A stretch of DNA of 64,000 nt from a virus: positions 1-64,000 of IMG/VR virus record IMGVR_UViG_3300022890_000019; one strand, 5' to 3'. A program made the position numbers and the translations under genes. This document shows, one piece after another, positions 42,501 to 46,762 of the stretch (position 1 is its first letter; every line of letters starts with the position of its first letter). The notes under the pieces were generated by a model, which was not told where the DNA came from, searched no databases, and saw nothing but the letters and a program-made list of their open reading frames with translations.

Positions 42501-43696
42501 AAAGATTTAAACCCATTAAAATTTCTTAATCCCTGTGCTAGTCCTTTTTGTATTACTAATTGGGCAATTACACTACCCATTACTGAAGAGAATCCTTCCC
42601 AACTATTAAACATTCCCTGATTAGCACGTAGAGATTTTCCAAACAGTGCTTTATTCTGAATAGTAGTTTCTCTTTTAGATCTATCAGCCCATTTATTTAA
42701 TCCATAATAATCACCACCAAAAAATAGTTCATTTAGATAATTACTACCCATTTCATCAGCAGTCTCAAAAGTAGCAGCACCACTAGAAAACATATTATAT
42801 GCTTGAAATATTCCATCTTTTATAGCATTCCTTTGAAAAGGAGCAGGCCCCATAGCACTAACAATAGAACTTCGAGTGACTCTAGGATCTTCTACTGGTA
42901 CTTCTAACATAGTAGGTGTACCATCTGGGCCCGGAGCATATATTTTAATAAAATCATTCTTATCTGTAAGAAATAGAGGAATAGTTTTATCAGAATCATC
43001 AGGATCTTCTACATTAACATCTATATCACCATATGTACCTTTCTCTTGAAGAGCATTCATATATGCTACATAACCATCCTTTTGTTCCTGGGTCCTCATC
43101 TTAGGATCATAAACAACATCATCTTTAGTTCCAACAAAGAAATTATCAAGAGCAGCTAACCCTCTTAATACAGTATGTACTCTATCAGATACGGTAGGTT
43201 TCTTTTTTATTATCTTTTTGCCAAATCTGTCAATATAATATCCTTTAGCAAATACTTCTTCTTGAGGACTAAGTAGATTCTGTCCAAACTGATTAACACC
43301 TATAGTTGGAGAGATATAAGTTTGCTCTAAAGAATTTCTATCAATAGACTTAATTCCCATCTCTTGTTTTAAGAAGGTATCATTACCATAAGCAATCCAT
43401 GGAGTAACAAAGTGATCAATCCCATCTTGATGATCTAAATAACCCGTAGAAGCCATATCGTAGATCTTATCAAAGTTCTTTGGATCTATCATAGGAGTAT
43501 CTACAGTATACTTTTCTCTTGCCTTTTCTCTATCCCAGAGAGTCACTACTGCATCATTCTCCTTTAGTGATTGTCTTATTTGATCTGCTGACCATTGAAA
43601 GGCATACATTGGGAAATAATCAAGTGTTGCTTTTGGTGTTGCTTCTTCTTCTCCACCATCACCTATACTATTAACATTTTCAGTATCGTTATTCAT
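24551..43696 (-). CDS. Giant virion polyprotein (6381 aa): ejection-type N-terminus, SF1 helicase-like domain, zincin, crAss-type DNA-dependent RNA polymerase, second zincin
   Basis: GDFGGGKS / IVDEAS / LGDASQ / SIQG / YTAVGRA; HEFFH...E; GRVP...RNNADQDID; HEFQH...E; follows the cargo genes as in crAss-like phages. Confidence 0.85.
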   Translation of the reverse strand: MNNDTENVNSIGDGGEEEATPKATLDYFPMYAFQWSADQIRQSLKENDAVVTLWDREKAREKYTVDTPMIDPKNFDKIYDMASTGYLDHQDGIDHFVTPWIAYGNDTFLKQEMGIKSIDRNSLEQTYISPTIGVNQFGQNLLSPQEEVFAKGYYIDRFGKKIIKKKPTVSDRVHTVLRGLAALDNFFVGTKDDVVYDPKMRTQEQKDGYVAYMNALQEKGTYGDIDVNVEDPDDSDKTIPLFLTDKNDFIKIYAPGPDGTPTMLEVPVEDPRVTRSSIVSAMGPAPFQRNAIKDGIFQAYNMFSSGAATFETADEMGSNYLNELFFGGDYYGLNKWADRSKRETTIQNKALFGKSLRANQGMFNSWEGFSSVMGSVIAQLVIQKGLAQGLRNFNGFKSFASTWTSFGVFGLMSGHHFVQTARDMGIEEADIAWMYPIQVASETFTEGFIGRNVIARGSGYFVDKAARLTAAKKVMKKFGIKNLKEGTKTQKRLWLHGFIKAISEGKTIFARTILAGGEEGTEEFFQQMIENSMQTFHDQIRYDGENGLLPGKGLFGPVDANKSYLENLSNRIGDNVLESTVAGFMGGITMGLTMGAGKNPMADYTMGYYGVTGEMDKLRKATQDLYNKESLGPNYISTEGEIKNPESVDGSMNDVAYQGMMQSMDMFEGIVKDFGIDNPIVLEAIGRSKLMQKELTDLIVSYKGLAEQKLALENKEEATEEDAAQIAKIDEQLGVVSQAIQEYTVPEGADTKYSKKYNEAIREKYSALLYAKNVSDEHFKNEGTELTDKFRKSEKYQTKYKRNILDHLDTYEKATEFSQKLTEYQTQEIEKQEKIVKSNNETVVTHKDLFTTVGEASKLKSKKDLMKGFEGVCKAIIALSKEITFGIPAQGNEEQIQAIRESAKYQKQLEQLEKELNDEYATDPTNEDVKDQLNTTRETIDAITQLSENAFVDENTEKIRQLSNDDNVPMMFLEEMRARVDNFREQTSTDLNPSTAASLIKSINAVRDALKTADKGMFFFSKGSDHPKLEPSKNKELPAYKYYVSESELRNSREQVSEMLIDLDTMGNSVQLAKEASKFFQIKLRQGHINAQKQVVTLFYEMDPTMMEELVPDIKKLLEDVKDLTQEQKDKNTPPGVEEMADLLNSEKVLHDIFVKMQGASDQLVNYDFINRLLAAKKFRYNSAYFNAPDYTKVGETLNYYYNLLKVNSVNDVYKTHEGYTYLVNFLMALNGESINTLQGARSKVNVTAQNISTFEQMMGVNMVVNQLLGHNADVLKIVREVEFNNSEHIKKVSEKEDIFMANSIFMRGDFGGGKSQHMIPEAIAIRDQLKKDPKRKYLLVHHTQEVLNTLSSSLEGIDQVFDNISMADFIGGKVQNPNQYEGMIVDEASLLSKDNLQVINKNYNEDTTDPSFQIIWLGDASQMMPPDAKNNISYAQKTGARTFPVMFKFTTRNPVIERLAEAFRNRLDNNSMGYPEVYVNEYEAVGITRREGGKYYNTVDSVISDALSRPESVSSALVFLNSEQIDALLKDPNTKEETRKIVEKLFDKHGNLKTEFQGQVYVLMSDPATNVMPRKIPSIQGLRKDEVYMAVNLNSWGYKYNGKELKEFVASNSAYTAVGRASRFMGLVGSEGLNLTQRPSWWIDGQQEVLDTSDIYNDMNEYLKNIGIESAIKPQEKPKEVKTKIATPILHKFRKNGIYTINKGDDSGAFFKITQSVTNQKDLTADSFATGQKYKAYNELTKTLAEPFGKESQVALGILDPIVKTPAPTPGYTTNKYLTEYPGKPSIVKGAVADEVSTGNFYIIDSIIEKTTDGVVEYEIYLGGKQIDLNTFEKEYTLRSGPKETTDLDDIESGKTFFTGQAKAWLNGNKLWGTIYSVFNTSSADVNMDQLRKDRVSILNMVYKRKVTSELVYLKSALMEDRNTGTWKNFDNVLAIKVSAINEESLTSNEREILQRNQYIASLGETDAGYAKQQIRDYSQPLENIKRQISEGFDSSYTGMELSPEHHTANKEVNYYKASLRKKGYDSNTDEYSFGEIILENDINEGNVIYNKGPLRTFAEFMAHIENTLSGQMVTFSDKIVQTFYGSGRVGLLLKYKFSEGDVNSTANEAYVIFKTNNLGKMNSKRMHEKIKEDKQSLKDIRASEQDSFFGSELNRMFWKNVFAQNLSIITNNKALNDFFGTYFEKVGGRVNVRVNRDIFLLDSDNVRTDAQIKLDVLDAFLDQVTELYKDDVTGEAANLRLQIDKLYQPYTIDLSTSTRELSPSEMENIVTSAEAIHFPYVNISTDGLVDVNEEITNKTPKSSDGPASKKGAKRPRFEIKTDNIEPRTVTVAAVRELFEKIAHPSIWEQVKNDITPNLQFDGMDIHGLMYNGRIKLALYKKGIKYTTPKHEFFHLVFDYLIDENSRQRLYNATKELLGLPNATEDYLTEWMARDYGYSGLNLDSVKPKQGLWSRFVDFVNKLFNGYTKRVNTLDELFYKMDHGYYRNVQPVHDGGRDIVRMEGESELDEYQADNFNHKAEDGFAKDDTPNTDYIEIFNNQYKVFGNDINKYLNAVADAVIQYTFFSSDLSVDKVVPMTEAIKDVQKEYEEYGNEFADELTSVGIPYSQITDDDAKKLSIVERRNLGWLRLANQEIFTSFIVRLMPGYNPETGRFYKWNKQSTQYNRAGDDANPDQTKSDFMKMQINATRFHQYYYSSNGRLVRNEWDTKDAYAFVNSKDLEKSLKDAGMRVANRLLKDPSLNPVEAFTQELYNLATEAGLDTYKGSNILSFYHRFFEAFTGKPSLSNRINSIDELIKSDGRSNVSQLKLDIQSDLSDFINSLISYNISFMRPKSSFIESKKSGDETVYNIVNSFENTFDNKKKEIIDGISQTLYDKDTRSFREHVKDRLGSGKNAEFEVTSSGISYVKNKQKIKVISYTDGKISFTEAFHDNDSRDKILTYIKNFIGLKNVTDQTIYNMYNNMHHEGARVELNKRTPEYNLENTNTFLAETFMNMFWSASSNLTMLDKIETINKGILRKLDNKAINEEEAKKQEAKQIKELSVPFNQEMSSFRKKMNITDSTIDGFEKVFAGNNVETIKSDVKIYKPVDYYNAFGVIAALEVYNKGIDSDLFSNRPDGTKAWGFKMKSWVFDMFGDGSAWLTDKINNMPKEILDNSIWKNTKGKWTNWIADPKGIRIRSLTIGNGLRVGNRGIVKPGSKDLATINLANFIEGIRKSTDKLQDIFLTMTNIADKELTYITNTDFSFGKGRRLINIDRDSNGNITSANVDEKMISHGIAIEFERANREMQMSQGKFAREIPANNLTKVFPRELWSVKDLKNFNPKSLESFSKTLTDEQAIDLMRSGLRKNKDYFLDGNTVTLGNSILFKVPGYEAIYNHDNYQKFSNNGERFALLNKTERDKLFFPLYREYAGKLSQIGYRQQNDVKTLIEGKMGYFYTEKMEEHMEEMSISANRYGVSETPITVTTTTENIIWNPVYKAHFYAYHIVNNAVGEFAFGNVQNHKDAADKVKRSGSKATGGSKLVVNTKYGLPAMGKEIMVSTMYKEDATTGEWIENDDGGVNGFMLWESFMEKSGIDYQYGPIDKTRVKTLDNRMDFQYGDQYQEKESMNFFSSQTYEQTLPVRQMQKDLLDHVTKVMRKDFENYDIDLYAKFKELYEATGHAGSRDAQKAFRNLRDWIVEESNFSEEIKARTPRGFADETIEKQTVNYVNMYDPYSSEEKDLIARDFDNSSLRIVLNPYQETNKVQRQAPPSQNLSYMGIGASNLNRGKRIRILQEELYTMSKARINTLMGIEANKPEAAFNEQDIEKFVSFLRERGLQAIRQMGLITGYTDLINNVINNPGIIHSPEVAQKLKQAYRSFVNDNAIRTSFKGLRVNQSSSYGYQLYYENGIPYTLQEIERFTNSTIESVEDLIDLGYTPADLKDMTAGNEGIQRGQTVMPYPYMREFGIKNDETLNDVFTIEAEANGEVLSWNVRNLNDDEFIDFLQTLAEGGSVINKESSPIFRNSPEDPLSYFRNFKESLKVYSGRVPADRLGSASILEITAFINDNGNTAYVPVEMNIRNNADQDIDQLTVYMREFADGKLAIEGEGGARNAILDEIDNVYQDPANASKIFIKSDVKGLKELVDKKKRKYGRDNDFASYLDSSQTASEGNKAIGILAMSLSGVSYLAQLGKTFIRNNAPGLRNLSLFDEEQWSTSPFINLGNWMQVALDNAKELVLGRLGITAEAVPVVAVMTADGKSNQEIATFFEHPVVEKIYTQRSFQNSLEVFEAEQVYELVAEEMVLNERSKNTDSNKSLLSKREALETKLTEAEKVDENTPPDMNLIEELSRDIRAIKSEQERRENYQVLTELKKYVFTAEALRRMTRFVALRNGVPVMDFDLYKAENELSKYLGMTYEEFMQGAEWNAESHIENFKKLDNKYSRLISSQFDEANNEAEKLLDYELEIAKAINISEFVRRTHFKDYYNEINNQREVASKTFLEDNKVIWDYFAPNYLKGQLNNVFNYAKQFYTFKSGMQQLFLDKFFKRSFTGRKFNIAVPLQDIDGNYFSPESNYETVALDNVEGRTLFVRQFPQFHDLIRSMSTMNFGDASRAIQAIGIDYTNEFHDAIKNNKFIANLVLQGQEGKEYIRLADAFNLSEQQLSDLAIEFDRLPKYLKELYRVNQLINTGFNYRKGSINEIMGTEHYYGEDGLAMSLEMTKAEMEWMPKNMNRLTDLVERFTKWVQHKEGMSSFLTRKARDLGIFPETIMKRKDFKRFTANFTARIKNDQDLFGNAFEKYDYEYLIGERGGFDTVKDMTSTMEIVKMSPEKLDLLLDNQQVPLSYVRGHSYANMNVDRLEGLYTTEEGTLIRALRIQPTNVVWVKADLSEEQIEQAKENYQIKIAKQQEEKNQKAQYKIKKGDSEFIATVEGELVREIEGSEEAQKFVNKSMSALSKYVGKEGSMTRYTMIDFKKHSLGRLSTKAAQRWMDALKEKVTGVPITEGTTESLKGASGMFDGDGIHMNVEKFSFTMPVHEFQHFRNGIMIMNDPATWNTIKNTIIDSANNGDKLIEPIRDHVVRKLKEHNRPTTDGDVTHEVLAILSQIINRNTAMKVMLKESIRDFFTDNTSLDALLNIATSINTLVNNSLHDLFFPFRKKLDKIFTEGKVSDFLLETGRQTYGTDPVNYDIWQLDDAYRSLEEGNKFYLQEGVNTTKDFAAIVNPYSEYGHTMGELNTEEFVRTTLHKMKSYTDDAGNYVFHSLDKTFAYPNTMTDEQLEAAIEKDIVPHINSFEVSYKNNVQNFINLVIDQKETIYDAAKKAFGNVYSEKAVTDMAFYLGLGDKIETVMKYSDLKNSDIKAVRALYNSAFEGFDPLITIHGIEDDGTVDLSILDVTTFSLQDKVPFAPANRNRLLGTMMTDNKFIEAGGTWSNSAYDIRRAILSMSIMNMMKASGGKVKFRGMGVLEIQPSNVKSYMMLDIQDMFSNMNVLSQQDEWLNNLVNDDVKDIFTDKKISDSTKYEQSFVRRFQMYLKKVMDDEGYRKYGYGYVNRAESLSTLFMDRNTTVHDQVKALRALQKDLRGRNRDKKEKDHEDLLVSMSILELESYGAVFFKNSIKDMNKFEKNLVPIHNVRDDLLQMLVSKGRLVNSIVVDRYMKIHNQIYDKAQKVAKNYIALHPQVAAETLIKDEGSVYYKHLFKHTTLTLEKDQKVGLKTYKKGETVPIMLPILDFNNPKHNEDDKALMEVVWKTFRQRTIDNWYHSRTSDIKGKDVFGNSKISKAEVAKEFDESVEKGTMVIISKGLNETLLSGNFKAAWDRMGQRFVNYDEFIDDNLNDKSRMAFTSGMNTISNVFASQMNSKDKLYEQAGLLYTKNGLTVADLSKNMLASTNLEKIINYYTLEGIRTEEYENRYMPAFNDVDAVYGYFESTKNSKDFMVNNRRFAEMFSNRLAMKKNEDTSVKITLPGGVTVDVKTFARATLSAFSMISLGYKWTIGAKSGIWNEMSEQINALAASIANIGLDESQKIYLPTTGDVNKARYEVATNFKKARRLGAMFQLVNRTERDLIDSPWLNVANKGNILNDQWAHITNWASDAEARLVGMAGWMIHEGSWDAYSLNEKGDIQYDIKKDERYYNEDGTQTKEQEVLVEGPNGLKNRLKDQGLMEEDATKVDRGHDHTLASEQLKWYGDKFIIGSMDNTAKWLLGNDYLGAAASQFRVFSADKIWNAGLFASPRKTSFGAGFKAIQLENGEWVTQRDWIEIEGAWQSFVGAVQGIANMRNEGLDSWWKNQTPMRRLNLARTVIKTAVFSLLIALSGAVVGKDNDKKLIKLNWMYKDLNMMMISYDWFLNPFPVTSILLDIVDATFGPKKVKDILKYRTAIGSISDPFPSLGIRDVKESDY

Positions 43697-43722
43697 TGCG
43701 TTATATTTGGATAATTAACAAT

Positions 43723-45729
43723 CTACTCTGTTGGATTTTCTGAACTTGTTGACTCTACAAGTTCTTTTTGAGCATTAATCTGATTCATTTGCTTCTGGGC
43801 TATATCTTGTGCTAACTGAGATACATCTTGGAAATGGTTTCCAAAGGAACTTATCTCTCCTTCTGTTACAGGGATATCAATTATCCATGGTTTCCATTCT
43901 TGATCTTTTAACGTTATTGTCTTTGTTGCACCACTCCATTTCCCATAACCTATCTTTCCATCAGCATCAATAAAATTCATTCTCTCATCTACCTTCTCCC
44001 AGCTTTCTTTAGGAACGTTAAATACAAATCTGTGAGTTTTTACTTTCTCCCCATATCTGTTAGCATGTTTCATATAGTAATCTTCTAACTTATCCATATC
44101 TTCCTGAGTAATTGTATGACCTGTTTCAGTACTTACATTAGCTCTTTTACTATATACTCGTAGTTCATCTGATATCTGTAGATTAATTGCTCTTATCTTA
44201 TCTTCTAGTTTGATATCATAATAAGTCTTCTCATGTCCAAAACCCATTTGTACATCAGGAACTCTTTGAGCTATTAGCATATCCCTCTCTTCAATTCTCC
44301 TACCAAGAGCAGGATCCATAAACACATAGTCATCATTAGTAGTTAACTTAACACCTATCTTCTCAGATTCTTTAGGTAACACTGTAGGAGAAGGATATTC
44401 TGTAACAACAGGTATCAAACCTCCTACCTGAATACCTAAGCCTTTAAAGTCATTTAAGTTAAGAGGATCACCATATGTCTGATATCCAAAATCACCAAAA
44501 GAATCATCTAATTTAATAGCATTAGAAGTACCTGCTACTTTATGAGCCTCTTGGTTAACATATGAATAATATTGATTAGTCTTCATAGACCATGTTCTAT
44601 ATCCTGGGATATCTTCTTTAGTATAGACATTGTCTTCTAATCCCTTAGATGAAATTGTTATAGCATCTTTCGAAGGAGTTACTAATTCCTGATCTATAAG
44701 AGTAGGTAAATCCCACTTACCCTTATCAACTGTTTTCTTTTTACCAAGAATCAGCTGATCATAACTCTCAACAAATCTATTCTGTAGATACTTTGCTTTT
44801 CTAGTATCTGCAAAATCCTTCTGGAAAGCAGCATAGTTAAACTCTTTCCCTTCAGAGATAGATCTGTATTCTTCCATAGCTGTCATGTAATCAAAGGCAC
44901 GTTTTAACTTAGGATCTGCTTCTACTGTACTTATGAAATCATTATAAGCAGCTTGAACAACTTGCTTGTTTCCAGAGATCTTTGTGATAGAATGCTTATT
45001 GCCTACATTATACTGATCATTTTTGTTAGCATTCAAGACCTCGGTAGGTAATTTACCATTTTTATCATAGAATCCAGATTGAGTAAATTTATCCTCATAC
45101 TTAATACCTTGAAAAGCATCATCATAAGCTGTAAACAATGCTTCCATATCAGGAGCACTATATCTTCTTAGCTCAGAACCCATAGGAATATCTCTCATTC
45201 TATCAAGATGTTCACTAACCTTCAAAGGTCTCACTATATCATTACCTTCTTTATCTTTAGCAGGTACATACTCAAAGCTACCATTATTAAAATAAGGATC
45301 ATTTTCATTAAGCTTGCCATCACTGATCTGTTCTACTGACTTATCATATATTTCCTTGTTCTGTTGTTGCATAGGAATAAGAGCTTCTATCTGATCCTTA
45401 GTAGAAGTATATTCAAATAAAGCAGTTTTTAAATCCTGAAATAAATTACCTTTTGTCATAACTCCAATAGGATCATTAGAGTCCATAGCTTCTAGGGCCA
45501 CTCTTCTTTGAACATCTTTATACTTCCTCTCTGCTGCTGATAAAGCATTCTTAGTCTCAAGACTCTGACGATATAACATCTTGTCTGTCTTAATAGTATC
45601 TTCTTTACTCTTACTACCACTTCCACCAGAACTTCTACCAGTAGATCCTATGGCAGCTAAGGGAGAAAGAATAGAAGAAGAGGGAAGTTTGTTTCCTTGG
45701 AATTGTGGGGATATAGAAAATAGTGCCAT
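43723..45729 (-). CDS. Virion cargo / ejection protein
   Basis: 668 aa with Ser/Gly-rich N-terminus; between the cargo-1-like gene and the vRNAP gene. Confidence 0.55.
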   Translation of the reverse strand: MALFSISPQFQGNKLPSSSILSPLAAIGSTGRSSGGSGSKSKEDTIKTDKMLYRQSLETKNALSAAERKYKDVQRRVALEAMDSNDPIGVMTKGNLFQDLKTALFEYTSTKDQIEALIPMQQQNKEIYDKSVEQISDGKLNENDPYFNNGSFEYVPAKDKEGNDIVRPLKVSEHLDRMRDIPMGSELRRYSAPDMEALFTAYDDAFQGIKYEDKFTQSGFYDKNGKLPTEVLNANKNDQYNVGNKHSITKISGNKQVVQAAYNDFISTVEADPKLKRAFDYMTAMEEYRSISEGKEFNYAAFQKDFADTRKAKYLQNRFVESYDQLILGKKKTVDKGKWDLPTLIDQELVTPSKDAITISSKGLEDNVYTKEDIPGYRTWSMKTNQYYSYVNQEAHKVAGTSNAIKLDDSFGDFGYQTYGDPLNLNDFKGLGIQVGGLIPVVTEYPSPTVLPKESEKIGVKLTTNDDYVFMDPALGRRIEERDMLIAQRVPDVQMGFGHEKTYYDIKLEDKIRAINLQISDELRVYSKRANVSTETGHTITQEDMDKLEDYYMKHANRYGEKVKTHRFVFNVPKESWEKVDERMNFIDADGKIGYGKWSGATKTITLKDQEWKPWIIDIPVTEGEISSFGNHFQDVSQLAQDIAQKQMNQINAQKELVESTSSENPTE

Positions 45730-45814
45730 CTTGTACGTTTTAAGAAGCGTGAATCAATAATTATCTATGTTCTGATGTCTTACCCTATAGAGGGTATATC
45801 GTTGATCTGAGAGC

Positions 45815-46249
45815 CTATTTAACCTTACAGACTAAATTGCGTTGGTGTATGTGATATGCTATAGTTGCATTGTGCATAATAACCTCTCCTAGGATACTCT
45901 TCATACTTAGATATACCTTATCACCTGGCTCACATATCATAGGATCTTCTTTACCATCTCCCATAAGAAGAGGGATACCTTTAGCTACCACGATAGCCTG
46001 TGAAGGGTTCTCCTCTGTATGTAGTCTCCACTCTTTTAGATCACTAGGTCTCTCATCTAGTCCTGGACTCATTACCAGCGTACTCTTAGTAATCTTTGGC
46101 TTAACCCTAAGAACAACATAGGTACCTGGGATAGGCTCTATATCTTTGAATCTGTCTACCAGCTCTTGGATTGTAATCTGTACCTCTTGTTCACTTGACT
46201 TCCTGCTGAACTTGTCAATGAAAATAACTGTTTCTTTTAAATCTCTCAT
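45815..46249 (-). CDS. groES: GroES/Cpn10-like co-chaperonin
   Basis: IEPIPGTYVVLR...AIVVAKG...G...PMICEPGDKVY...IHQRNLVCKV follows the GroES pattern. Confidence 0.75.
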   Translation of the reverse strand: MRDLKETVIFIDKFSRKSSEQEVQITIQELVDRFKDIEPIPGTYVVLRVKPKITKSTLVMSPGLDERPSDLKEWRLHTEENPSQAIVVAKGIPLLMGDGKEDPMICEPGDKVYLSMKSILGEVIMHNATIAYHIHQRNLVCKVK

Positions 46250-46250
46250 C

Positions 46251-46565
46251 TTAGTTTGTATTTGTTAATGTTTCACCTAATAAAAATTCTCTTGATTTCA
46301 TATTTAAGGTAGCCTCTATAAGCCTCTTTACCTGAGCAACCTTCATAAAGACATAGTTACATGTAGCATCAGTAGTATAAACGATACATCCTTCAAAGAC
46401 TCCATTATTATAAGGAGACCACTCTGCTATCTTTACAATCTTCGTGATGTCAATATGCACAAAGCTATTGTAGTCACCTATATGTGGATCCCTACCCTGA
46501 GAGGTAAGCTCTTCTATCTCTTCAAAGGTACTGTTGTTCATCTTTATAGGAAGTCTGATATACAT
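46251..46565 (-). CDS. Hypothetical protein
   Basis: 104 aa. Confidence 0.55.
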   Translation of the reverse strand: MYIRLPIKMNNSTFEEIEELTSQGRDPHIGDYNSFVHIDITKIVKIAEWSPYNNGVFEGCIVYTTDATCNYVFMKVAQVKRLIEATLNMKSREFLLGETLTNTN

Positions 46566-46576
46566 AGTTGTAGGGT

Positions 46577-46762
46577 TTAAATTTCTTGCTTACCTTCTAC
46601 TGCTAGTAACTTGTGACCTTTGCCTTTACATTTAGGACACTTGCACTTACACATGGCACCATAAAAGTAATAAATATTTTTACAATGAGTACACTGTATG
46701 CTTTTACGATTACCTGCCCTGATCACTTTCTTTCCCTTTCTATCTGTCTTTAACCTTCTCAT
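46577..46762 (-). CDS. Small basic zinc-ribbon protein
   Basis: CTHC...CKCPKC, 61 aa. Confidence 0.55.
   Translation of the reverse strand: MRRLKTDRKGKKVIRAGNRKSIQCTHCKNIYYFYGAMCKCKCPKCKGKGHKLLAVEGKQEI

Noticed and set aside
24551-43696. Inteins or introns inflating the giant ORF
   Set aside because: No LAGLIDADG motifs or intein splice-junction motif pairs recognised by eye, and the frame is uninterrupted
43702-43709. TATATTTG on the + strand as an antisense promoter
   Set aside because: No TTG at the expected 19-21-nt spacing; probably chance in an AT-rich gap
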